Shown: positions 1-9,637, counted from the stretch's first letter. The stretch: 64,000 nucleotides of DNA from an uncultured Alphaproteobacteria bacterium (GCA_944391435.1 CALXTP010000004.1:2303-66302); one strand, 5' to 3'. The notes: generated by a model not told the origin, from the letters alone. A program made the numbers and translations.

Positions 1-881
1 ATATTCTGGTTCCGAAACATTCACTGCTGTTTTATTTTCCGCTTTATTCTGCCCGGTGTTAAAGGAATCACGAAATGCTGTTGTCCTGAGCTTTCTCATC
101 ATCAGCATTTCCCTTTTGGCTTCGTCCGTTGTCTTTTGCAGTTCTGCCTCAATGTGGGACAGTTCTCTGTCCAGTTGGTTCTGCATTATAAAAGCCCCCT
201 TTTCCCGCATAAATTCTTTGCCTTCTTCCTTTAAAACAGGCCATTTGCCAAAAGGCATCGCGGTGCCATTTGCAATCCTTGCATTTTTCTGAGCCATAAC
301 CAGATTTTTGGATTCTTTGGAAAAATCCCTGCGTACAAAACTGCCATCTGCCGATTTCTCCAATCGCCAGATATCATCAATCTGCCCTTTGTCATCATAA
401 TGCTCCACCGTAATTCCCTTAACGGCTTTGCTGGAAAAACGGTTACCGCGCCTCTAAGCTCTTTCGTCAAACTATCCTTTGTCACTGCCCTTTCCAATGT
501 AAAAAGGCAGGATTCCGGATTAAAATCTTTTGGCAATCCCCAAACCTGATGCGGATTGCCGCCGGCATCGGTAAAAACAGCCGTGCACCCGTCTGCATTT
601 AAGCCTGATTCACGATCTGCCTCTGGTGAATCATACCAGACACTGCAATCCGCCTTAACCATCAACAAATTGCCCACATATTCGGGAGCCGGCTCGTCAC
701 TATAAAATCTGCGCACATCTCTGCGTAATTTTTCTTCTTCAATGACAAACATTTTTTCGGAACTCTCCAACATCCAAGCGGGAAAACGCACAGACTGGCC
801 GGCATTAACATTGGGAAAGTAAGAAGCTTCCATATCATCTTTTTCCGCCCCGCTTAGCAATTCATTATATCTTGTTTTCAT
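1..881 (-). pseudogene. Hypothetical protein, apparently frameshifted. Frame A is the 231..881 ORF; frame B is open from 453 down past the window start.
   Basis: The track ORF 231..881 ends in a W/R-rich tail (WRNRQMAVLYAGIFPKNPKIWLWLRKMQ...) that looks out of frame. The adjacent minus-strand frame is open from 453 to position 1 with plausible composition (…VKGITVEHYDDKGQIDDIWRLEKSADGSFVRRDFSKESKNLVMAQKNARIANGT…QNQLDRELSHIEAELQKTTDEAKREM…) and runs off the window. The frames switch near an A5/T5 homopolymer at 436-441. The alternative reading is two genes: 455..881 and <1..297 or <1..186, the latter with a strong SD (aaagggggc) before the ATG at 186. Confidence 0.4.
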
Positions 882-1060
882 TGACTTTCTCCTTTTTTAA
901 TCTTCCTCGCACACAATTAATGCTTATGTTTATTGTACCTTTAAAGTCACCACGCCCGTATTTAGCAATATATTGAAATAAAAAATTTTTTTTTACTTGA
1001 ATATTGCTGAAAAAAAAGGTACTTAAAAAATAAGCAATATTTTTCAATCAATTTTGCAAA

Positions 1061-1092
1061 CAAAAAAAGAGGATAGATTCTATCTACCCTCT
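1061..1092 (-). terminator. Rho-independent terminator downstream of accD (hairpin usable on both strands).
   Basis: Perfect inverted repeat agaggatagattc/tatctaccctct at 1068..1092. An A-run at 1061-1067 gives the U-tract on the minus strand. Confidence 0.5.
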
Positions 1093-1116
1093 TAATTTAA
1101 TCCAGCAACCTAAAAG

Positions 1117-1998
1117 CTACACTGCCTGTTTAACCGCCTCCTGTTTCGTCTGGCGGTTAGCCATCAGCAAACGCAAAACCCTGTCCACGGTTTCTTTAAG
1201 GTCTTTACGTTCTACCACAATATCAACCATGCCGTGCTCTTTCAGATACTCCGCCGTCTGGAAGCCTTCCGGCAGTTTTTCGCGGATAGTCTGCTCAATC
1301 ACGCGCTTGCCGGCAAAACCGATCATCGCCCCTTTCTCTGCAATATGGATATCCCCGATCATCGCAAACGACGCCGAAACGCCGCCCGTTGTCGGATCCG
1401 TAAAAATAGAAATATAGGGCAGGCCTTTTTCTTTAACCCGGTTAATCGCCGCCGTCGTCCGCGCCATCTGCATCAAGGACAACATGCCTTCCTGCATGCG
1501 GGCACCGCCCGACGCACTGACAATTATCAACGGGCAGTCATGGTCAAAAGCATAACGCGCCGCCGCAACAATGCCCTCGCCTACCGCTGTACCCATAGAA
1601 CCGCCCATAAAGGCAAAATCCATAACTGCCACAACGGCATCCATATCAGCCACTTTTCCGATACCGACTTTAATGGCATCGTCATTGCCCGTCTTTTTGC
1701 GATATACCTTCAACCGGTCAACATAGCGCTGCGTATCTTTAAACTTCAACGGGTCTTCCTTAACTGACGGCAAAACCATCTCGGTATAGGCACCGCCGTC
1801 AAACAGCTGCCGCAAACGCTTATCCACAAAAAGGCGCAAGTGATGCCCGCACTTGGTGCAAACATACATTGACTGTTTTAATTCCTTAGAAAACAGCATT
1901 TGCCCGCATTCCGGACATTTAACCCACAAATCGTCAGAAATCTCTTTCGGAGTCGTCTTCTTAATTTTTGGTCTGACAATATCTGTTAACCAATTCAT
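1117..1998 (-). CDS. accD: Acetyl-CoA carboxylase carboxyltransferase beta subunit
   Basis: N-terminal CxxC...CxxC zinc ribbon (CPECGQ...CTKCGH) and the conserved carboxyltransferase core (GGSMG, SGGARMQEG). Confidence 0.9.
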   Translation of the reverse strand: MNWLTDIVRPKIKKTTPKEISDDLWVKCPECGQMLFSKELKQSMYVCTKCGHHLRLFVDKRLRQLFDGGAYTEMVLPSVKEDPLKFKDTQRYVDRLKVYRKKTGNDDAIKVGIGKVADMDAVVAVMDFAFMGGSMGTAVGEGIVAAARYAFDHDCPLIIVSASGGARMQEGMLSLMQMARTTAAINRVKEKGLPYISIFTDPTTGGVSASFAMIGDIHIAEKGAMIGFAGKRVIEQTIREKLPEGFQTAEYLKEHGMVDIVVERKDLKETVDRVLRLLMANRQTKQEAVKQAV

Positions 1999-2103
1999 CT
2001 TTTACCTCTCTTTATTTTTTACGCTTTGCCGCTCCAAAGGCTGCTGCCGCAATTTCCGCCGAAAACAAAAGTCCCTCGGCACAACAGGCTCCGAGCAGAA
2101 TAT

Positions 2104-2532
2104 CTATTTGTCCTCAAGCGACGGTTTTGAAAAAAACTTCTTGATTTTCTGATTAAATGAAAATCCGCTTTTTCTCTCGGCCTTTTCGGCTTCTTCCTGC
2201 AGTGAAGAAAACTGATGGTTAAGCTTTTCATGCTCAATATTAAGCTTTTCATGTTCTTTAGACAAAGCCTTGTTTTCCTTTTTTTGTTTTCTGAGCTGCA
2301 TTCTGAGCGGGGCATAGGCTGACCAGGCAGAAAGCCTTCCGCAAAAATACCCCAAAAAGAACATTGCCAGATAAACCACGCTGACGCCAACCATCAGCGT
2401 CGATTCGGAAGACGCTTCGGAAATAGGCCAGATACCGACCAGTTCCGTATTGTTTTGCACCAGAAAAACCAAAAACAATGCAAAAAGCAGAATTTTAACC
2501 AACCACATATTTTCTCCTTTCTCAAGGACCAA
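2104..2532 (-). CDS. LapA/YciS-like inner-membrane protein (DUF1049-type)
   Basis: Two N-terminal TM helices followed by a coiled-coil K/E-rich tail. It sits directly downstream of ihfB, as is common in proteobacteria. Confidence 0.5.
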   Translation of the reverse strand: MVLEKGENMWLVKILLFALFLVFLVQNNTELVGIWPISEASSESTLMVGVSVVYLAMFFLGYFCGRLSAWSAYAPLRMQLRKQKKENKALSKEHEKLNIEHEKLNHQFSSLQEEAEKAERKSGFSFNQKIKKFFSKPSLEDK

Positions 2533-2537
2533 CCGGC

Positions 2538-2819
2538 TTAATTCTCGTTCATTTTTTCGTGCAGCTCTTTTCCTACCCGGAAATGGACGATATTGCGGTT
2601 TCCGATTTTAACTTTTTCGCCCGTTCTTGGATTTTGGGCCACTCTCGGCGCCCGCCGGTGAATAGAAAAAACACCAAACCCGCGAAATTCAACGCGCTGA
2701 CCCTTTGCCAGGGCTGCAGTCATGCTGGCAAAAATAACACTGACAATTTTTTCAATCTCGCTAATCATCAGATTCGGATTTTTTTTGGCAATATTTTCAA
2801 TTAATTCGGACCTAGTCAC
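2538..2819 (-). CDS. ihfB: Integration host factor beta subunit
   Basis: HU/IHF fold motifs (GFGVFSIHRRAPRVAQNPRTGEKV...VHFRVGKEL) match IHF-beta rather than HU. Confidence 0.8.
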   Translation of the reverse strand: MTRSELIENIAKKNPNLMISEIEKIVSVIFASMTAALAKGQRVEFRGFGVFSIHRRAPRVAQNPRTGEKVKIGNRNIVHFRVGKELHEKMNEN

Positions 2820-2909
2820 GGCACACCTCTTTCAACAAAAATAAATTCTTTCAAGTCTTTCAAACAAATCATATAGCATCACACTAACGACATAGCCATA
2901 TTTTTTTGC

Positions 2910-3566
2910 TTATTTTACACAAGTGTCTGCCCCTCTTATATACAGCGGTTTCGGAAAATCAAGATTTTTCTGCAGATATTTTTGATAAGTTGTGCGAAAC
3001 AAAGCATCTAAAGACATCATTTCGGCCAATTCAACCTGTTTTATCTGCAGTCCCAGCGACACGGAAAGCAGCCTTTCCACGCCGTCGCCGGCAAAACTGA
3101 CCTGATGCCCTTTCAGGCGTTTGGCGATTTCTTCACGCGTCAACGCTTCCGGCTGCCCGATTTTGCACAAGCGGGAATCAAACAGCTGAAAATAAAAATC
3201 TTCCCGTTTGGTTTCAATCACGACGGCATTATAAAAAGCTCGGTCTTTTTCATCCAGCATATTGGCATACACTTCAAACGCCGGCACACCCGTAAGCTGT
3301 AACTCCGGACTTCCGAGCGCCAATCCGCGTGCAAACGCCAGCCCGGCACGCACGCCGGTAAAAGACCCCGGCCCCGTGCACACGCCGAGCAAACTTATAT
3401 CCTTAAATTCCAAACGGTTGCTGTCTAACAAATTTTTAACACCGACCGCCAAATCTTCTGCCTGCCCGAATTCCTCGGCCTTTTCTTTCTTGCCGATGCA
3501 GGTCGTATCTTTGTAGAGACCGGCGACAATGCCGTTTCCAGTCGTATCAAAAACCAATGTATACAT
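2910..3566 (-). CDS. tsaB: tRNA threonylcarbamoyladenosine biosynthesis protein TsaB (YeaZ)
   Basis: MYTLVFDTT...GVCTGPGSFTGVRAGLAFARGLALG is typical of the inactive Kae1/YgjD-like TsaB. The start is taken at the internal Met at 3566. Confidence 0.75.
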   Translation of the reverse strand: MYTLVFDTTGNGIVAGLYKDTTCIGKKEKAEEFGQAEDLAVGVKNLLDSNRLEFKDISLLGVCTGPGSFTGVRAGLAFARGLALGSPELQLTGVPAFEVYANMLDEKDRAFYNAVVIETKREDFYFQLFDSRLCKIGQPEALTREEIAKRLKGHQVSFAGDGVERLLSVSLGLQIKQVELAEMMSLDALFRTTYQKYLQKNLDFPKPLYIRGADTCVK

Positions 3567-3708
3567 ATTGTTCACTCTTTCAATTTTTAGTTTGCCATCA
3601 GGCGGCAAATGTCTTAAAAAGATCTATATACCAAAACAAAAAAACAAACAACCATTTTTTTGGCGTAACATATTTTTACGCTTAACCGGCTGAATAGAAA
3701 GCGACAAA

Positions 3709-5331
3709 ATGAGCATAGAAACCATTACCATTTTTCTTTATGTCTGGCTGACCATAAGTTTATGTTTTCCCCTGCTGGCCGTTGTTTTGTTTCGTCGCAC
3801 CCGCAGGATAAAAAGCGAGCTCACCAAACGGGATTTAGCCAACAGTTATTATGAAGAAATGCTCTATGCGGCCAAAGACGGCTACCTGACCGGTTCCGTA
3901 TACAAAGACAAAGAATACCAATATTGTTCGCGCCGCCTGGCCACGCTGCTTAATCTGAAAAACGGGGAAAAGAGCACCGCTGCGGAGGTTTTTTCCGTAT
4001 TTGCACGCGCCGATGCCGAAAAGCTAAACGGCATGTACCTCGCATTGCAAAAAAGCGGCATAAGTTTTGAAACAATCGCCCGCAGCCAAAACAAAAAAAT
4101 CTTTGTCGTATCCGGCTGCCGCATCAGTTCTGCCGATTCCAAAATAGAAAGCAATTGCCTGTGGTTTCGTGACATCACGCACGAAACGGAATTTATTGAC
4201 CGCGCCACCGAAGAGGCGATATCTTGCCGCAAAGAAATGGAAGACTACCGGATTTTGATAGACAACCTGCCCTGTCCGGTATGGTTGCGCGATGACAAGC
4301 TGAACCTCCGGATTTTAAACCGACGGTACCTGGAATTGCTGGGATTGAAAAGTTTCAAAGACATCACGCCCGAAAACTCGGTTCTGCGCGACCTGGGTAA
4401 TACCACAAATCTGCTGGAAATGGCAAAAAATGCCCGTGAATCAAACACGCCGCAGAAAAAGAACATCAACATCCTGCATAACGGCGAACTCAAAAAATAT
4501 GAAATAACCGAAACGCCTTATTACGATTCGTCCCTGAAAACCTCCCACATTATCGGCTCGCTGATAGACATCACAAACTTTGACGAAGCCAAGCGCAGCT
4601 ATCAGGTCCACCTGGAAACGCACCTGGACATATTAAGCTCGCTGGATACGGCCTTTTGCATCGTCAACACCAGGCACGAGTTTACGTTCGGCAATGCCGC
4701 CTTTCTGAAATTATGGGGGCTGCCGCCGGATTTTCTGAACAACTCTCCCCATTACAACCTGTTTTTAGATAAGATTCGCGAACAGCGTACATTACCCGAA
4801 GTTTCGGATTTTAAAGCCTACAAAGAAGAAGAAAACAAGGCTTTTGACGCTTTAACGGAACAGCGGGAAGATTTGCTTTACATTCCTGACGGCCGCACAT
4901 TCCGGCGCATACGCGCCCCACACCCGGACGGGACGATTATTGCTTACGAAGACATATCCGACCGCCTGGCAGATGCCCGCCGCCTCAGCGATTTAATGTC
5001 CGTACAGCGCGGCATTTTGGACAATATCAGCGATTCGATTGTCATCTTCGCTCCGAATTTGAAGCTGAAAATCTACAATCCTGCTTTTATTAAGTTATGG
5101 GGCATAAATGCCATCGCCCTGGATGCGCTGCCGTCTCTGCGGGAGCTGCTGGATATGCAAAAGCCAAAGCTCCCCGAACTGGACGACTGGGAGACATTTC
5201 GCGAAGATATGCTAAAGCACATAACTGCCTGTACCCAATTTACGCTCAAATTGAAAAACAAACAAAAAATATTGGTAACGCCGGTCATCTTGGCAGACAC
5301 GTCTTTAATGATTACATATCGCCGGGAATAA
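3709..5331 (+). CDS. Membrane-anchored PAS-domain protein. No histidine-kinase H-box or ATPase motifs were seen.
   Basis: N-terminal TM helix, then repeated PAS-like segments (PCPVWLRDDKLNLRILNRRYLELLGL; AFCIVNTRHEFTFGNAAFLKLWG; IVIFAPNLKLKIYNPAFIKLWG). Confidence 0.5.
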   Translation: MSIETITIFLYVWLTISLCFPLLAVVLFRRTRRIKSELTKRDLANSYYEEMLYAAKDGYLTGSVYKDKEYQYCSRRLATLLNLKNGEKSTAAEVFSVFARADAEKLNGMYLALQKSGISFETIARSQNKKIFVVSGCRISSADSKIESNCLWFRDITHETEFIDRATEEAISCRKEMEDYRILIDNLPCPVWLRDDKLNLRILNRRYLELLGLKSFKDITPENSVLRDLGNTTNLLEMAKNARESNTPQKKNINILHNGELKKYEITETPYYDSSLKTSHIIGSLIDITNFDEAKRSYQVHLETHLDILSSLDTAFCIVNTRHEFTFGNAAFLKLWGLPPDFLNNSPHYNLFLDKIREQRTLPEVSDFKAYKEEENKAFDALTEQREDLLYIPDGRTFRRIRAPHPDGTIIAYEDISDRLADARRLSDLMSVQRGILDNISDSIVIFAPNLKLKIYNPAFIKLWGINAIALDALPSLRELLDMQKPKLPELDDWETFREDMLKHITACTQFTLKLKNKQKILVTPVILADTSLMITYRRE

Positions 5332-5374
5332 GGCATTCAGAACCGTTTTCCGTTACAAAAAGGAGCCTGTTGCA

Positions 5375-6169
5375 ATGACTGAAAAAGATGAAACCTTTGC
5401 ACCTAATCAAAAAAAGATTATTGACTGGGACAAAAAATCTGCCTCTGACGCCTCCCGTATCGGCAAGCGGCTGTCCGGCCGCGCCGCACTGCCGGATCAG
5501 GCTTCAACCGACAACAGCATCTCCCGGCTAAACACGCCGAAACCATCAGACAAAGCCTTGCGGCGCCTCCGGCAGAAAATACGGGAAGTGTACGATGAAG
5601 AAGATGAAGAAGAAGACGCATCACCTGATTTTTTTAATATCAACCTGCTTGGCGAAACGGAAGATGCAGCCGAAAGCACCCGCAGGCATACAGAAACGGA
5701 AACGATTCGCATCACAAAAGAACAACAGCTTGCCGGCAAATTAAACGCCATCCTCAGCACCTCTCTTGCCGCCAAAGAAGCCGGTCTGCCGCCATCTCCG
5801 ACTTCGCAAGATGCACGCCTTGCCAATGCGGCCGAATATGATATTCCCGGGATTCGCCGCAAGACATTAAAACAAAAGGTTTCCGAACCGCTGCATTTAA
5901 AAGGAGAACTGAAAGAGGACGGCCTGCCAAACGCTTTGCGCGGCATCAAAAAGACCAGAGACAGGCTACCCGAAGACGCCCTCAACGATTACCCCGCTTC
6001 GGATGCCGAAGAACTGGACAATGAAGATACCGAAGCCAAATTAGCCAAACTAATATTAAAAAAATCCGGGCGCCGCGCCCCAAACAAAAAACTATCCGAA
6101 CTGGTTCGGGAATCCTCAATAGCCGAAAAAGCCCGTTCTACCAAACAAAACGGCAATGAAAACGCCTGA
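5375..6169 (+). CDS. Hypothetical acidic, low-complexity protein
   Basis: 264-aa ORF with an RBS-like AAAGGAG upstream. It is D/E/K-rich and probably disordered. Confidence 0.4.
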   Translation: MTEKDETFAPNQKKIIDWDKKSASDASRIGKRLSGRAALPDQASTDNSISRLNTPKPSDKALRRLRQKIREVYDEEDEEEDASPDFFNINLLGETEDAAESTRRHTETETIRITKEQQLAGKLNAILSTSLAAKEAGLPPSPTSQDARLANAAEYDIPGIRRKTLKQKVSEPLHLKGELKEDGLPNALRGIKKTRDRLPEDALNDYPASDAEELDNEDTEAKLAKLILKKSGRRAPNKKLSELVRESSIAEKARSTKQNGNENA

Positions 6170-6184
6170 CGCTGCGAAACATAA

Positions 6185-6213
6185 TTGACACTTATAAAAT
6201 TTTGTGATATCCT
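6185..6213 (+). promoter_or_regulatory. Candidate sigma70 promoter for the 6246 operon
   Basis: TTGACA (6185-6190), a 17-nt spacer, then TATCCT (6208-6213), about 30 nt upstream of the ATG at 6246. Confidence 0.35.
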
Positions 6214-6245
6214 GAGCGGCGTTGATAAGTTAAAAATGCGAAGGT

Positions 6246-6668
6246 TTGGCTATGGAAAATCAATATTACACGCTCATTGAGAAACAGGATTTTTTTGAAA
6301 TAATAGAAAACAAATTCGGCGAACTGGCCGTATTCATCGACGCCCGCAAAGGCGAACCGGCTAACCCGATATTGGAGTTTGACGGCAAAAACTCCGCTTT
6401 GTTAAAACGTGACGGGCGCCTGGCTGTCAAATTGGAGGGCATAAATTCCGAAACAGCGGAAGTTCTGGCCGAATCGGAATTTGTCATGATTGTGGAGTTA
6501 TCCGGTGATACGGTAGAAAGAACCTACGGCGTGCCGGTTGAAATGGTAGAAGAAATCGCATTCCGCGGCCGCCAAACCCGCGCTGACGAATTAGAGCGCA
6601 TAAAGAGCAAAAATGAGCTGATAGAAGCTTTCGGTGCCGTTAAGATATGGAAAAGCGGAGAAAAATAG
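6246..6668 (+). CDS. Hypothetical protein occupying the HprK position upstream of EIIA(Man)-HPr. No Walker A motif.
   Basis: 140-aa ORF with good coding potential. It ends 2 nt before the EIIA start. Confidence 0.45.
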   Translation: MAMENQYYTLIEKQDFFEIIENKFGELAVFIDARKGEPANPILEFDGKNSALLKRDGRLAVKLEGINSETAEVLAESEFVMIVELSGDTVERTYGVPVEMVEEIAFRGRQTRADELERIKSKNELIEAFGAVKIWKSGEK

Positions 6669-6669
6669 A

Positions 6670-7068
6670 ATGATTGGAATAGTATTGGTAACGCATGGCC
6701 GCCTGGCCGATGAGTTTTTATCAGCCATGCAGCATATCGTCGGCCCGCAGCAGCAAATAGCCACCGCATGTATCGGCCCCAACGACGATATGAATATCCG
6801 CCGCGAAGATATTTTGCATAAAGTGCAGGATGTTGACAGCGGTGACGGGGTGGTTGTACTGACCGATATGTTCGGCGGCACTCCGTCAAACTTATCCATC
6901 TCCATCATGGACCACGCCAATATTGAAGTCATTGCCGGCATCAATCTGCCAATGCTTGTAAAATTAAGCTCTTTAAGAAAAGACAAGCCGCTTAAAGAAG
7001 CCGTTGCCGGCGCCAAGGAAGCCGGTATCAAATACATAACGATTGCTTCCGAGCTTCTTGGAAAATAA
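6670..7068 (+). CDS. PTS EIIA component, mannose/fructose family (ManX-like regulatory EIIA)
   Basis: MIGIVLVTHGRLADEF...VVLTDMFGGTPSNL matches EIIA-Man. A GGAG RBS lies 7 nt upstream. Confidence 0.75.
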   Translation: MIGIVLVTHGRLADEFLSAMQHIVGPQQQIATACIGPNDDMNIRREDILHKVQDVDSGDGVVVLTDMFGGTPSNLSISIMDHANIEVIAGINLPMLVKLSSLRKDKPLKEAVAGAKEAGIKYITIASELLGK

Positions 7069-7091
7069 AGCTGAATTAGGGAACAAAAAGA

Positions 7092-7370
7092 ATGGAAGAT
7101 AAGATTTCTGCAGAATTGGAAATTCAGAATGAACGCGGATTGCACGCCCGCGCCGCCGCCGCTTTTGTCAAAGCGACAGACGGATTAAACGCAAATATTG
7201 AAGTAGAACGCCTTGGGCAAACCGTAGGCGGCAGTTCCATTATGGGTCTGATGATGTTAGCTGCGTCCAAAGGCACCACCATAAAGGTTTCGGCAACGGG
7301 CCCTGATGCACAAAAAGCCATAGACGCCATAACACAATTGGTCAACAACAAATTCGGCGAAGAGAAATAA
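7092..7370 (+). CDS. ptsH: Phosphocarrier protein HPr
   Basis: IQNERGLHARAAA (His-15 region) and GSSIMGLMML (Ser-46 region). Confidence 0.8.
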   Translation: MEDKISAELEIQNERGLHARAAAAFVKATDGLNANIEVERLGQTVGGSSIMGLMMLAASKGTTIKVSATGPDAQKAIDAITQLVNNKFGEEK

Positions 7371-7372
7371 AA

Positions 7373-8305
7373 ATGAAGGGCACCCCGGCTCCCCGCAACA
7401 AAACCCTTATCTTATCGGAGTCGGACATTGCCGAATATTCTTCGCGTGCCGTTACCCTTTCCGGCAAAGCAAAATTAAACGACATCATAAACAAAACCAT
7501 CTGGCAGGATACTTTTGAGGCGCTGAAGTTTTTGCCGGCGGACTTTGCCGACCTGGTGATTGTTGACCCGCCATACAATCTGACCAAGAAGTTCGGCACC
7601 AAAGAATTTAAATCCATGGATTGGAACGACTACAAGCGTTGGATGGATAAATGGCTGGCAGAAATTTTTATTTCTTTAAAGCCGAACGGCAGCCTGTACA
7701 TATGTTCCGACTGGAACACATCAATAGCCGTCCCGGAAATAGCCGGCAAATATTTTCTACTGAAAAACCGCATAACCTGGGAACGGGAAAAAGGGCGCAG
7801 CTCCGGCAATAACTGGAAAAACTGCCTGGAAGATATATGGTTTTTTACCAAATCATCGGAATACACGTTCAATCTGGACGCCGTCAAGCTGAAGCGCCCG
7901 GTATTGGCACCGTATAAAGATGACAACGGCACCCCGAAAGATTGGCAGGAAGACGAGGAAATAGAGGGCGGAAAATATCGCCTGACCGCGCCGTCAAACT
8001 TGTGGACGGATATCTCCATTCCATTCTGGTCAATGGCAGAAAACACGCCGCACCCGACCCAAAAGCCCGAAAAGCTGATTGCCAAGCTGATACTGGCCTC
8101 CAGCAACGAAGGCGATGTGGTTTTTGACCCGTTTTTAGGCTCCGGCACCACCTCGGTAACCGCCGCCAAACTCGGCCGCCGCTACATCGGCATTGAACGG
8201 GAGCGCGAATATGTCGCCCTGGCGGAAAAAAGGCTGGAGATGGCACAAACAGATAAAACCATTCAAGGTTACGAAAACGGCGTATTCAAACTGCGCCATG
8301 CCTGA
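7373..8305 (+). CDS. Site-specific DNA adenine methyltransferase, beta-class (CcrM/M.HinfI family)
   Basis: Motif IV IVDPPYNL, HPTQKPEKL, and C-terminal motif I FDPFLGSGTT...GRRYIGIEREREY. The order and spacing match CcrM-type N6A methyltransferases. The ATG is 3 nt after the ptsH stop. Confidence 0.8.
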   Translation: MKGTPAPRNKTLILSESDIAEYSSRAVTLSGKAKLNDIINKTIWQDTFEALKFLPADFADLVIVDPPYNLTKKFGTKEFKSMDWNDYKRWMDKWLAEIFISLKPNGSLYICSDWNTSIAVPEIAGKYFLLKNRITWEREKGRSSGNNWKNCLEDIWFFTKSSEYTFNLDAVKLKRPVLAPYKDDNGTPKDWQEDEEIEGGKYRLTAPSNLWTDISIPFWSMAENTPHPTQKPEKLIAKLILASSNEGDVVFDPFLGSGTTSVTAAKLGRRYIGIEREREYVALAEKRLEMAQTDKTIQGYENGVFKLRHA

Positions 8306-8395
8306 CCCCGCGGCATCGTTTCACCCCGGATTCCTGCATTTGACAATTGCCGGATTTCATGTTACACTATATTGAAACGGATAAGGGGAAAAACG

Positions 8396-9637
8396 ATGGA
8401 TTCAATCCAGATATACGATGATTTTATTGAACGGCATAAGGACATTCCTTCTTATCTGGCCCGGCTCATCAGCAGCGAAAGAGGCAATTTGCCGCCACCT
8501 CGGGAAACGGCCGCTTATAATCTCGGCACCATGCAAAAAGACGCAGACATTGCTTTTTCTGACAATATTGCCATCGCCAATGCCCACCGTTTTCAAACCG
8601 AATTTAACCGTTACAAAACCGAAAACCCGCAAATGGGCGACACGGAAGCCCGTGCCCGGGTCGTATTTGACTTTTTACAACAAAACCACAGCCCCTTTTC
8701 CTATGATAAAAACAAAAGTGACATTTTGTGGGGCAATGTAACCAGAGAACTGTTCTACGGCGCCCCAAAAGATAGCGTATATGCCAACGCCACCTCAAAC
8801 ACCAACTTTTTTGACCGGAACATCGGCAATATGCAAATAATATGCATGGAGCCAAAATCTGCCGACAGCCTGCCCCGCAACGTCGCCGGTCTGTCCGAGG
8901 AAACAAAAGCCGCTTTCCTTGCCATTCCGCCGGAAGAGCGCCTGACAATCCTATTAAAGCGCGGCTTTTATCATGAGAGCATACACGCCACCATGCCGAC
9001 AACGGATGAAAGGAAATGCGATGCCTTTGCCATGTTAAAAGTAATGAAAGAACACCCTGCCCATACGCAAACCATTTTTGACATTTACAATATGCAGCGC
9101 TCCAAAACCGGGCACACCATTGAAAATATGTACCAAAAACGTGAAGGGACAAACGATTTCCGGCGCGAAATCAAAAAAGGCACCATGACCTATATAATGC
9201 CGGAAACATACAAAAAGCTTGAAGAATACGCCAAACATCCGGAAAAAATCCCCGTTGACGACGGCAGCCTGCTCAAGCTCGCCTGTTCTCTCACGTCAGA
9301 ACCAGAATTTTCCGACAAACAGCTTGATGCGTTTGTCAGCCTCATGTCTCAAAAAGAGATTACGGCAAATGATTTGGCAAACAACGAAATAATCCAAAGC
9401 TGCATGCGCCAGGGAAAATTTACGGACATAAACGCTTACATCAAAAGTGACAACGCCTTAAACAAATTTATAGAAAAACAAAAGTTTCAAAAAAGCATGC
9501 GAAAAATTACCGAATTGCGGCAAAAAATATCCCCCTCCGGCATCAGGCCGCCTTTAACCGCAGAAAAGACAAAAGAAAAACGCCAAATTTCGCCCATGGT
9601 ATTAAAAACATACCAAAACAGCAAACAAAACAACTAA
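8396..9637 (+). CDS. Hypothetical protein with no recognised domain
   Basis: 414-aa ORF with an AAGGGG RBS. It lies downstream of the methyltransferase. Confidence 0.45.
   Translation: MDSIQIYDDFIERHKDIPSYLARLISSERGNLPPPRETAAYNLGTMQKDADIAFSDNIAIANAHRFQTEFNRYKTENPQMGDTEARARVVFDFLQQNHSPFSYDKNKSDILWGNVTRELFYGAPKDSVYANATSNTNFFDRNIGNMQIICMEPKSADSLPRNVAGLSEETKAAFLAIPPEERLTILLKRGFYHESIHATMPTTDERKCDAFAMLKVMKEHPAHTQTIFDIYNMQRSKTGHTIENMYQKREGTNDFRREIKKGTMTYIMPETYKKLEEYAKHPEKIPVDDGSLLKLACSLTSEPEFSDKQLDAFVSLMSQKEITANDLANNEIIQSCMRQGKFTDINAYIKSDNALNKFIEKQKFQKSMRKITELRQKISPSGIRPPLTAEKTKEKRQISPMVLKTYQNSKQNN

Noticed and set aside
56-292. 78-aa plus-strand ORF at the window start
   Set aside because: Low-complexity Ser/Leu-rich sequence. 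The minus strand carries the plausible coding frames here.
1234-1767. 177-aa plus-strand ORF inside accD, and the similar antisense ORFs 23479..24132, 35042..35893, 51951..52682, 52886..53440, 33651..34301
   Set aside because: They lie antisense to well-supported genes, lack RBSs, and are Arg-rich or low complexity.
6246-6668. Calling the 140-aa protein HPr kinase/phosphorylase because of its position before EIIA(Man)-HPr
   Set aside because: It has no Walker A P-loop (GxxGxGKS) or HprK signature, so it stays hypothetical.
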